From Octopus bimaculoides (Eukaryota): 60,360 nt of DNA. Made by a program: the position numbers and the translations under genes. The stretch spans positions 116,339,375-116,399,734 of the forward strand of contig NC_068986.1 in assembly GCF_001194135.2 (NCBI RefSeq). The letters are read 5' to 3'. The notes beneath the pieces are model-generated. The model was not told where the DNA came from. It saw nothing but the letters and a program-made list of their open reading frames with translations, and made no database searches. Positions 49,640 to 60,360 of the stretch are shown piece by piece; within the stretch, counting starts at the first letter, position 1; the number at the start of each line of letters is the position of its first letter.

Positions 49640-49932
49640 GTAAGGGACATGCTGTCTGGGTTAGGTGGTTCAATTCCCGGCGACGCGTTGTGTCCTTGAG
49701 CAAGACACTTTATTTCACGTTACTCCAGTCCACTCAGCTGGCAAAAATGAGTTGGACCTGTAATTCAAAGGGTCAGCCTTGTCACACTCTGTATCACGCC
49801 GAATCTCTCCGAGAACTACGTTAAGGGTACACGTGTCTGTGGAATACTCAGCCACTTGCACGTCAATTTCACGATCAAGCTGTTCCGTTGATCGTATCAG
49901 CTGGGACCCTCGACGTCGTAACCGACGGAGTG
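49640..49932 (+). mobile_element. SINE family C variant with CORE-like centre
   Basis: gtgtccttgagcaagacactttatttcacg...cctgtaattcaaagggtcagccttgtcacac...cgtcgtaaccgacggagtgc. Confidence 0.8.
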
Positions 49933-50560
49933 CTCCTTTATATATGTACATATATTTCTTCGTTTTGTTTTTGAGTTATACACAAGCATTCTTTCAGACG
50001 CTCATTTATAGCATAAAGTGAGATAGTAATTTGACAGTGCCGCTCCTCTGCTTGAGCTGCCAGAAAATATATGCAACTATTCATCCGTTTGTGTTGAGTA
50101 ATATTCACTGTAAAGCATCCACCCATATATGTTACTTACACACACATCCACACACACGCATAAGACATTGCCTACGTGACCTGTAACTTGACCAGATAGA
50201 AGAAGAAGAAAAAACTCATGCCTCGAATCATATAATCACATCCTACCTTCAGATTCGCTAAAGTAGTGCGTAGTGCGGCGTGTTTATACCCCGTACATAG
50301 CTTATGGCGGGGTTTGAACTCAGAATGTAAAGTCGGATGAAATGCGGTTAAGCATTTCGTCCTCTTAACATTCTGAGTTCAAATTTCACTAATGTCAACC
50401 TTGACTTTCGTTCTTTTGACGTCGATAAAATAAGTACCAGTTGAATATTGGGGTTGATGTAATCAGAAATTGCTGGCCATGTGCCAAAATTTGAAACCAT
50501 TATGATGATCATTCAAAATTTGAAACCAACATCTATGTATACACATGAACATAAATATGT

Positions 50561-50617
<57 letters not shown>

Positions 50618-50629
50618 GTATATATAAAT

Positions 50630-51184
50630 CACAGTATGTGTGTGTGTATATTGACTAATGCATACATTTCCACAATTCTCAACCGATTTTCACCAAACTT
50701 TACACACATTACTTTTGTGCCCAGGATGGTCATGCACTATAACAGTTTGCCCAGAGCTCTCGCGAAAATGGACAAACTGAGAAAAACGGTGGTTAATACG
50801 GGTTTTTCTCTAATTCGTCATATGTACATAGATTTTTTGTATGTAGGGTCTTCCATACTTTTTTAATCTATATGGTCGTATATTGGCATTAGAGAATATT
50901 TTTAGTGGTTTTCGCATTTTTTTTTATTTATCATTTATCTATATGTTACATTTGCGTATTATTACTTTCTATATTTTTTTTATGTGTATTGGTGTATATT
51001 GTTTGAGGATTTTTGGTTAGAGAATATTATAACAGTGAAAGGATTTTGCCTATCTATTTCTACTGTTTTCCATACTTTTAAAATCTATATGGACGTATAT
51101 TTGCATTACAGAATATGTTTTTGTTCACATTGTTTTGATTTATTATTTATATGTTAAACCGTCCAATGGACGGGTGCATTTGCT

Positions 51185-51186
<2 letters not shown>
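50630..51186 (+). mobile_element. Probable non-autonomous Helitron/Helentron-like element
   Basis: 5' aaccgattttcaccaaactt motif, two internal ~50-bp direct repeats (50851 and 51068), 3' hairpin CCGTCCAATGGACGG (51159-51173), then CTTG followed by T. Confidence 0.5.
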
Positions 51187-51221
<35 letters not shown>

Positions 51222-52132
51222 AAATAGTAAATGAGTATATGCATATATACGTACAGGTATGTGCNNNNNNNNNNNNNNNNNNNNNNNNNNNNNNNNNNNN
51301 NNNNNNNNNNNNNNNNNNNNNNNNNNNNNNNNNNNNNNNNNNNNNNNNNNNNNNNNNNNNNNNNNNNNNNNNNNNNNNNNNNNNNNNNNNNNNNNNNNNN
51401 NNNNNNNNNNNNNNNNNNNNNNNNNNNNNNNNNNNNNNNNNNNNNNNNNNNNNNNNNNNNNNNNNNNNNNNNNNNNNNNNNNNNNNNNNNNNNNNNNNNN
51501 NNNNNNNNNNNNNNNNNNNNNNNNNNNNNNNNNNNNNNNNNNNNNNNNNNNNNNNNNNNNNNNNNNNNNNNNNNNNNNNNNNNNNNNNNNNNNNNNNNNN
51601 NNNNNNNNNNNNNNNNNNNNNNNNNNNNNNNNNNNNNNNNNNNNNNNNNNNNNNNNNNNNNNNNNNNNNNNNNNNNNNNNNNNNNNNNNNNNNNNNNNNN
51701 NNNNNNNACATATATACACATGTGACACCTATCCAGGAGAGAGTCGTCTCAACACGCATGCTCAAACATCAAATATACACTCCATTATGGCGCCGTTCCA
51801 CTGTTGATGTTATGATTTTACTGTACACGAGTTAATGGAAACCTGCACAGATCTATATACATGTTGTGTAGAGTGTGTGTGTGTGTGTGTGTGTGTATGT
51901 ATGCATATGTATGTGAGTGTGCGCGTACGCATCATATATGTGCACACACATATGTACCTTCCTACTTACATGTATATATAAACATATACACACATATGAA
52001 TGTATATACACGTTTGTGTATATTGCATTTTGATAGTTATCAATTAATTTAGCTATGCAAATTGATACAAAACACCGATAATATGTGTATGTGTATGTAA
52101 TATATATGTATGTATGTGTATATATATGTATG

Positions 52133-52224
<92 letters not shown>

Positions 52225-53182
52225 TACAACTATATATGTGAAAATGTATATGCATCTATATCTATCTATGTATAGATATATGTATTTATTCACTCACACA
52301 CACACGCAAATGCATACATGTGTGTAAGTGTATATGTACACCCCAATACACACACACACATACACACACATTGGCGGATGTACTCAGAAGCATGCAGTGA
52401 TGTAAATAGCCGTGTAACTTAAGCCCGATGTAAAAGCGGGTGTATATAAACAGTGATAGCGTGATATTAACGTTGCGGGCAAACTACTGTAATTCCTTTA
52501 CACAGAAACTAGCAGATGACGACCTTTTAGGGGTCATGGATCCGCCCTTTCCCACCCACTTTTTTAGAAATTGTCCCAATCTTTGCCAACACCACCTCCA
52601 CTTTCTCCGTCAACGCCTGTCACTTCATGAACATGTTATTGATGATGTTAATGATGATGATGATGATCGTTGTCGTTCTAATGGTTACCACCACCACCAC
52701 CACGATCGTCATCGTCATCTTCATCATCATCATCATCATCATAACTATATATTCATAAAATACTGCCATAATTGTATTGGTTTGGTTCCTTTAATCCAGG
52801 TGCAATTTTTGCTGATAATGGCAGAAATTTATGGAATATTTTAGCTGCCATTTCTGGCAGATCGCATAATCATGATGTGACTTCCTTAATGATTCAATAA
52901 AAGACACACATACGCGCGCGCGCGTTCATTAACGTTTTGACTCAATCATACGCCCTGTAAAACTACGAAATTATACTTTGAGTCATCGATTCAATAAATA
53001 TTCATAAAAAAACTCTTTTCTGACAGCGTCTATGTTTATATACACTTTTGTATGCATATACAAATATAAATATTATATGTACGATTTGTATCAATATATC
53101 TGTACTTATTGCGGTATATATGTATTTTCTTGTATATGTATATATGCATGCATATTTGTATAATATATATGTGATAGCGTGC

Positions 53183-53218
<36 letters not shown>

Positions 53219-54299
53219 ACCACCATGCATACATACGTAAAAAAATCCTCACGCTTGCTGTGTTTTGGGTTTGACTTATGTCTAAATACCTCTCGGTTCG
53301 AAGTCTGTCGTTGACAAAGTGAAACCATCGCAATAACAATAAGGAATTAGTTTTAAATTTCTCAGACTCTAAAGTCTTTCGCTCAACAAGCAACTATCCA
53401 CAGACTTCTATGAATATTATACTGGTATTCTCTATAAAAGTGGTTTAGAGGGAAAAATTTATGTATAATGAAGATATTACAGCTCATAGAGACAGGAAAT
53501 GAATGTTACTTGGTATAATCCATCTTTTAATTTAACTTTTGTTACTCTAATGGCTCATAATTTCTTCAACTAATTTAGGAAAATTTCTTACACAACGTAT
53601 GTGCCATGAAATATTTAAGAATATCAGTAAAAATCTCTTAGTTTACCACACCTAATCTTCTTCGCTCATTTGTTTTACCACAACCAGCCGAATAAGCCTA
53701 CAACTAAAAATAAAAGTAAATACAATTGTATGAACTAAACAACTGCCTCTTAGAGTTCAACTGCCTACAAAGCATTACAAAAACCACTACCTCGTCTGAG
53801 ACACTTTGTTTTATTCAAATAACACATATATGGTTTGAAGCAAGCATAAAATTAATGACAGTTCTTTCTATTTTATTATTTTACATCAAATATCCGCACC
53901 TCAATAAAGAATTCAACGAACCAATTTTAGTATATCTATTGCCGAAGGAAATCAACAATGTGAATTAACTTCCTCGTTCTTTTTCACTGGTGTTTCACCC
54001 TCTTGTTTGCATACACGCGTTTTTATCTCAGTCTATAACTATGTCTTATTTTCTATTTACAAATTATATATCTCTCTCTTTCTCTCTCTCACACACACAT
54101 ACACACATGACAATTTACACTTTAGTTCAAATTTCGATGCATTGCAAACTGTTCTTGTGTCTTTTTTATTCTTATTTTCACTCCTATACTTGAATTTACA
54201 GGTTATTGACTTTTGAACAATTTCCACATTAAATATCACACAATGCTAATGTGTGTATTAAACTCATTTATACATAACAGTTTGTGAATGTTTGAGTAA

Positions 54300-54341
<42 letters not shown>

Positions 54342-54351
54342 NNNNNNNNNN

Positions 54352-54394
<43 letters not shown>

Positions 54395-55484
54395 TCACTT
54401 GACCCGCTCGCCTAATTCCCCTTATCTTTAAAACCACCTAAGTTTAAATTGCTCAAAATCTTTTGAAACAATTTGGCGAGAAACGAAAACGCAAGCATTA
54501 AATGGTAGAAGTAAATCCTTACCACCTCCGATAATTAAACGTATTGTTTCGTTTTCAAAATAGACCTTAACTGTTCGGTGAACCTCTAACCAAAGTACTG
54601 TTTAACTGTTCCTCGCAAACCCGTAACTCATCTTCCTTTGTTGTTTATTTATTTATTTATTTGTTGTTGGTCTTAAAGAATAATTTGTAGAAGTTTCGGC
54701 AATTCTATTCATGTGACTTCATCGGGTGAGACAGTTTTAGATTAGGAGATTTAATCTAATTATAGCAATTTCAGGGATTTAAGTCCATGTTATTTCTTAC
54801 CTATTTTAAGATAATTCCGGTTAGTGCATCATACAATGATATCTTGCTATGTTAGACGTGAGTATAAGAAACCTAATTCTGCCCAAGCTTAGCTACTGAG
54901 CAAATTCCATTGGAAATATACACGGGATTGTGTCAGAGAGTTCATAATGTAAATAGAAATATGTGCCTCGTTTTCTGAAACGAAAGCCTCTGTTCAACAC
55001 AGTTTCAGAAGAGGTGAAACAGGCCAAACGATAATATGCTTGCATTTGTTCGTTGGAAAATTGCAATTTGGAAATAAATGTTGTGTTTATACATTTTTAT
55101 GTCCCTCTGCCGGTGGACAAAACTTAATCTAAGGTCTAGATAAAGGAGCAGCATCTCTAAACTTTTTCTTGGTTCTTCGATTCTCATGAGGTATGAGGAA
55201 AAGAAACCATAACGAATGGTTTACCTGCAAACAAGTAAATGCATGAAATTGATTGAATCGCGCCTAAATTCAAAAATGTAACAAGTGTTCGGGGACTTAG
55301 ATCAGGTGACAAATAATGGCTCAACACCAAAACGGGTATAAAGTATATCGAACGGCCTTCGACGGGTTTCATTTCACATACAAAGATCGATCGTGTCGTG
55401 ACTATGGTCGAAGAAATTTAGCAAAAGTAACCAACTTTGGATCAATTATAGAACACGTGATTGCGAAGAGAACTTCATAATATT

Positions 55485-55620
<136 letters not shown>

Positions 55621-55748
55621 GGGAATCGAAATGGGTAAATTTTAGTCAAGATTTGTAGGAAGTAAATGTAAGAGGACTGGAAGAGGAAATTAGATTAGGT
55701 GCTGTAAATGATGTACCAGAAATGTCTCGGCGTGCGTGCGTGTGTATG

Positions 55749-55788
<40 letters not shown>

Positions 55789-56214
55789 CATACATACATG
55801 TGTATGTATACATGTGTGTGTGTATAGAGGGAAGAAAAGAGACATCGAGAAACAGAATTAGATACATACATACATACATACATACACAGGCAGACACAAA
55901 TAATAATTCTACATCCCTTTCCACAAACGCAATCATAATCATACAAAAAATGCCATCAGACGTATACACAACATACACGTACATACAAACATTGTTAGAG
56001 TGTACACACATAGACCTAAACACACACACACACCACACACACACATACACACACACACACACATGCATACGCATACATATGTACATTCCTCAACTGATGC
56101 CAACAAGGAGCCCTCTCTACAAATCTGTCTGTGTTAAAATCACATATACACACGCATGTAGAAGGCACGAACGCATACACACACACACACACACAGATGT
56201 ACACGCATATACAT

Positions 56215-56270
<56 letters not shown>

Positions 56271-56439
56271 TTGTACATTCCTTAAGTGATGCCAGCAAGG
56301 AGCCATCTCTACACGCCTGTCTGTGCTAAAAATCTACCAAATTTCCATTGACTCAGTTCCAACCTCGAAGAAATACCGACGTCCATTATTTGCGGGTGAC
56401 CAACTCCTTCCGGTTCGCTCCTGTGACGTAAGCAGTCTG

Positions 56440-57350
56440 TTTAGGTGTGGTGGTTGAAGTGGTGCTGGTAAGAGCTGTGGTGGTGGCAGTGGTGCTGGTA
56501 GGGATTGTGGTGTTAATGATGGCGGTGGTGTTGATTGTGATGGTTGTGGTGGAGGATACTGATTATGATGGTGAAGGAGAAGGGGCGATGGTGGTGGTGA
56601 TGACTGTGGTGGCTAAAGTGGAAGTGGTGTTAGTCGTGGGGCTGGAGGTAGTGGTATTGGAGGTAGTGACGCTGTTGGTAGTGGTGGCTGTTAAAGTGGT
56701 GATGGTGGTGAGGTGGCGGTGATGGTGGCGGTGATGGTGGCGGTTGAACAGGTAGTNNNNNNNNNNGGTGATGACTGTGGTGGCTAAAGTGGAAGTGGTG
56801 TTAGTCGTGGGGCTGGAGGTAGTGGTATTGGAGGTAGTGACGCTGTTGGTAGTGGTGGCTGTTAAAGTGGTGATGGTGGTGAGGTGGCGGTGATGGTGGC
56901 GGTGATGGTGGCGGTTGAACAGGTAGTAGTGGTGGTGGTCGAGCTTTTTGAAAGGGATAAGGTGAGGGCGGTAGTTGGGGTGGCAGTGGTTGGGGTGGCG
57001 GTTAGGGTGGCTGAAGTGAGGGCGATGGTGGTAATGATGCTACGATTTGTAGTTGTGATGGTGGTGGTGGTGGTGAATTTATGTCTTGGAGTGGTGCTAG
57101 TGGCTGAAGCATTGATAAGGGGTGTGGTATAGAGGTAGTGGTGGGTGCTGATGAAGGTAATGAGGTGGGGTGAAGGTAGTGGTGGTGGTGGTGGTTTGAT
57201 GGTTGATGTAACATGTCGGCAGCGGTATTGTGTAGTCGTGGGTGGGATTGATGTTGACGCTGATGATGGTGGTTATGTGTATGCGCGCGCGTATGTGTGT
57301 GTGTGTGTGTGTGTGTGTGGTGACAGTAATGGTGTGGGAGGGGTTTGTAG
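56440..57350. repeat. GGT/GAT-rich low-complexity region
   Basis: Degenerate (GGT)n; it generates the poly-Val ORFs. Confidence 0.85.
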
Positions 57351-57760
57351 TGGAAGCTGGTCGAACTGATGGCACACGGAACAAAAATATCTTTCGACAC
57401 ATCGGAGCACAAATTCAAATCCCATTCGAATCCATTTAAAAAAAAAAACTTGTTCCGAGGTCGACAAGATATATCTTCAGGTGCACATAATGGACGACGC
57501 CTCAGAAAGCAACGCCCCGGCATCACCATAGCACGAGGATCGAAACCAGTAAAATAATGGTGTCTGAGTTAGATGCAAAGTGAACATTTTTGAGAGGAGA
57601 CCATTGGTCGATGCCATCGATCCGATATTTGATTAGTGGTTTAATTTACCGAGCCCGAAAAAGGAAAATAAATGACAAAGTCGACAGCAGCGAAATTTGA
57701 ACTCAGAATGTAGACTGAGAACTCATTATCATTAAGCATCTTTTTCCGACTCGCTAACGA

Positions 57761-58129
57761 CGTCGCTTACGACGTCGAGGGTTCCAGTTGATCCGATCAA
57801 CGGAACAGCCTGCTCGTGAAATTAACGTGCAAGTGGCTGAGCACTCCACAGACACGTGTACCCTTAGCATAGTTCTCGGGGATATTCAGCGTGACACAGT
57901 GTGACAAGGCTGACCCTTTGAATTACAGGCACAACAGTAACAGGAAGTAAGAGTGAGAGAAAGTTGTGGTGAAAGAGTACAGCAGGGTTCGCCACCATCC
58001 CCTGCTGGAGCCTCGTGGAGTTTTAGGTGTTTTCGCTCAATAAACACTCACAACGCCCGGTCTGGGAATCGAAACCGTGATCCTATGACCGCGAGTCCGC
58101 TGCCCTAACCACTGGGCCATTGCGCCTCC
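57761..58129 (-). mobile_element. SINE family C, full length, young
   Basis: Head ggaggcgcaatggcccagtggttagggcagcggactcgcgg...tttcgattcccagacc; tail ...gatcggatcaactggaacc. Confidence 0.85.
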
Positions 58130-58574
58130 AACGAAAGCAGGAAGGTAATAGCATAAAATGTAACTGAAATGTTGGCTGCTGTTATTTAACCCTCGGCTAG
58201 CCTTGTCCTTGCCAACATATGACCAAAAACCTACCCACCTGTCGTTTCAAGAGAATGTAATATTACATTATCTATTGTTTTCTTTTAAAAATAATTGGGT
58301 GTAATTTGATATTTGGCTGTTGTTTATAACGGGTCGAATAAAAGCATAAAGGCCCCTTAGTCATTGCTGTTGTTAATGGCTGTGGTAACGACAATGTTAT
58401 TGTGGCATTCTTTATTGTGACAAGATGGTGTTAGTGGTGCTGATGAAGTTGTGGTCCGTGGTTGTGTCAGGTATGGCTGACAGCTGTGTTCCTGGTCTTC
58501 AGTACAGAGTTTCAGACAGAAGGACAACGTGGGGACTTAGTGTGAACCGTTTTCATTTATAATTATATATAAAC

Positions 58575-58618
<44 letters not shown>

Positions 58619-58882
58619 GTTTCAAATTTTGCCACAAGGGTAGCAATTTTGGTGGGGAGGGGATAAGTCAGTTACATCGACCCCATTGTTCGACTAGTAT
58701 TTATTAATAATAATATTAATTATTATTGTTTGATGCAGACTCTTAGCTTATTTTGCTGGGTGTGATAGAAAGCGTCAGCTATGCACAGCCACCCTTATCA
58801 GACGGGTAGTTATGATCGGTATTATTAGGCTTCGTATATTTGTACTCCAGTGTCACTTTGATGGCGTGCCCTGCTCTCTCTC

Positions 58883-58915
<33 letters not shown>

Positions 58916-58959
58916 TACGATGATGGTGATGGTGATGACAGTAGTCTCGATTTGGACAC

Positions 58960-59135
58960 AAGACCAGCGTCTGGGCCGAAACAGCCAGTTGCAATAACCT
59001 CAGTATTTGACTGTTACTTATTTTATCGACTCCGAAAGGATGAAAGGCGAAATGGATATGAACAAAATTTGAACTCAGAACATAAGGAGCTTTAACTATA
59101 TACCACAAGGCATTTTGTCCGACGCACCCTACACA
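58960..59135 (-). mobile_element. SINE family B, decayed
   Basis: ttttatcgactccgaaaggatgaaaggcga...atttgaactcagaac. Confidence 0.7.
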
Positions 59136-59860
59136 AAAACGCAGGAATACTTTGATACAGTAAGGAAGAAAAGGCAAATGCCTTCTCCCAGTTCTTTACT
59201 AATGTATAACACGCCGATCCCTACTCTTACTTTTCTCTGCAAGTTGTACTCGGAGACGTTTAAGGGAGATTGGCTCGAGAGGAAGGCTTCTGTCTCGCCT
59301 TTTAACTGTGTTCGGGTTTTGATATAGCTAACCATTCGACTGTTGGCCTATATCGAAATGAATTTTAAGTATATCTAGAATATACGAACCGATGACATCA
59401 TAGATCTCTACACTGTCAAATGAACACATCCTATCGCCGAACAAATAGGTGGAAACTTTTTAAATTCAGGCAGAATTTCTCACTAAAAAGTGTTTTTGTT
59501 TTTTCGTATGTATCTTAGTATAGTTATGATATCAGACGTTATACATCTTAACGAAATCTTGATCATCCAAGATTTTGAGATGGTGAGACATTGTGTAAAC
59601 TCACTGCCATTTTTTATTGATAATGTTATAAAAAAAACAGTTAATGATTTTTTAAATATAATTATAGTGCTGGATGTAATTAGCTTCCAAATCTTACTGT
59701 TATTGTTGATCAGAATTTCGTTTCATCTCTTGTCTTTTTTAACTAATTCACCCCATCTCTTTTAGCATGATTTAATTCTAAGTGATCATCACATTTATCC
59801 ATCAGCTTTGGTCAGAGGAATGACTAAGCTAGTACTTTAAGGCAGACAGCTGTTATTACA

Positions 59861-60052
59861 CGAGGGGTGCTGAAAAGTTCCTGATTTTGAGTAAAAGAAA
59901 ATAGAGGATCAGTTAATTATGATTTTATTTAACATATTCTCTTCTAAGATTCACACACTTATGACAGGGGTCCTTCAGTTTTTCTCAGCCCTGTAAAAGA
60001 ACTCGGAAGGTTAGGCCTCCAGCCAGGCCTTTCGCGACACCCTTAAAGTCAA
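59861..60052 (-). mobile_element. Mariner-derived MITE retaining the transposase C-terminal codons; second TIR interrupted
   Basis: TIR CGAGGGGTGCTGAAAAGTTCC; the minus strand reads EKLKDPCHKCVNLRREYVK*, matching the mariner KL..RW.KC.EL.GEYVE ending. Confidence 0.75.
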
Positions 60053-60326
60053 GTTCGATTTCCACTCATTTATTTATCTATTTTTCCCAAAATATTCGTT
60101 GCCTCTTGCAACTTTTCGATAGTTGTTGACGTCAACAACTATGGAAAAGGTTGCAAGATGCAACGAATATCTTAGGAAAAACAGATAATTAAATGAGTGC
60201 AAATCGAACCGGTGAGTGTGTTAAATAATAAGGCACTAAAAGAGAATGACTGTCCCCAGACACACTAAAATATGCTTCAACACACGAATTCACATAAAGA
60301 ATCTTGCAAACCAAATACAAAAACGA

Positions 60327-60340
<14 letters not shown>
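60053..60340. mobile_element. Foldback repeat, possibly a Penelope-like element with an inverted end
   Basis: 157-bp near-perfect palindrome centred at 60130/60131, continuing as unique-arm sequence up to (TA)n. The PLE assignment is inference. Confidence 0.45.

Positions 60341-60360
<20 letters not shown>

Noticed and set aside
56596-56927. Identical 161-bp tandem duplication (56596-56756 and 56767-56927)
   Set aside because: Separated only by a 10-N placeholder gap; typical unresolved overlap artefact.

Overview
Repeat-dense, AT-rich eukaryotic DNA with about 17 N-gaps and very many microsatellites. The SINE families and repeat density resemble an octopus (cephalopod) genome; this rests on recall, not on a database search. 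Nearly all ORFs in the supplied track are microsatellite or N-gap artefacts. I can support only one host coding exon: a Kazal-domain exon at 29015-29186 (+) whose cysteine spacing matches SMOC1/2 (SPARC-related modular calcium-binding protein). No downstream thyroglobulin or EF-hand exon is recognisable in the remaining 31 kb, so it lies in a gap or beyond the window, and most of the window is probably intronic. The rest is transposon debris: R4/Dong-clade LINEs with a restriction-like endonuclease (REL), RTE and CR1/L2-type LINE fragments, at least six SINE-like families, mariner and hAT derivatives, a probable Helitron and Penelope-like pieces. No prokaryote-type systems or CRISPR arrays are present. 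The best leads are: (1) a tRNA-headed element carrying a hammerhead-ribozyme-like motif, plus other hammerhead-like motifs; (2) REL LINEs that appear to target (TAA)n and possibly (CATA)n microsatellites and build tandem arrays; (3) a 157-bp loopless palindrome; (4) candidate unannotated exons. All are hypotheses needing computation or RNA data. Most repeat boundaries were estimated by eye (about +/-10-30 bp).
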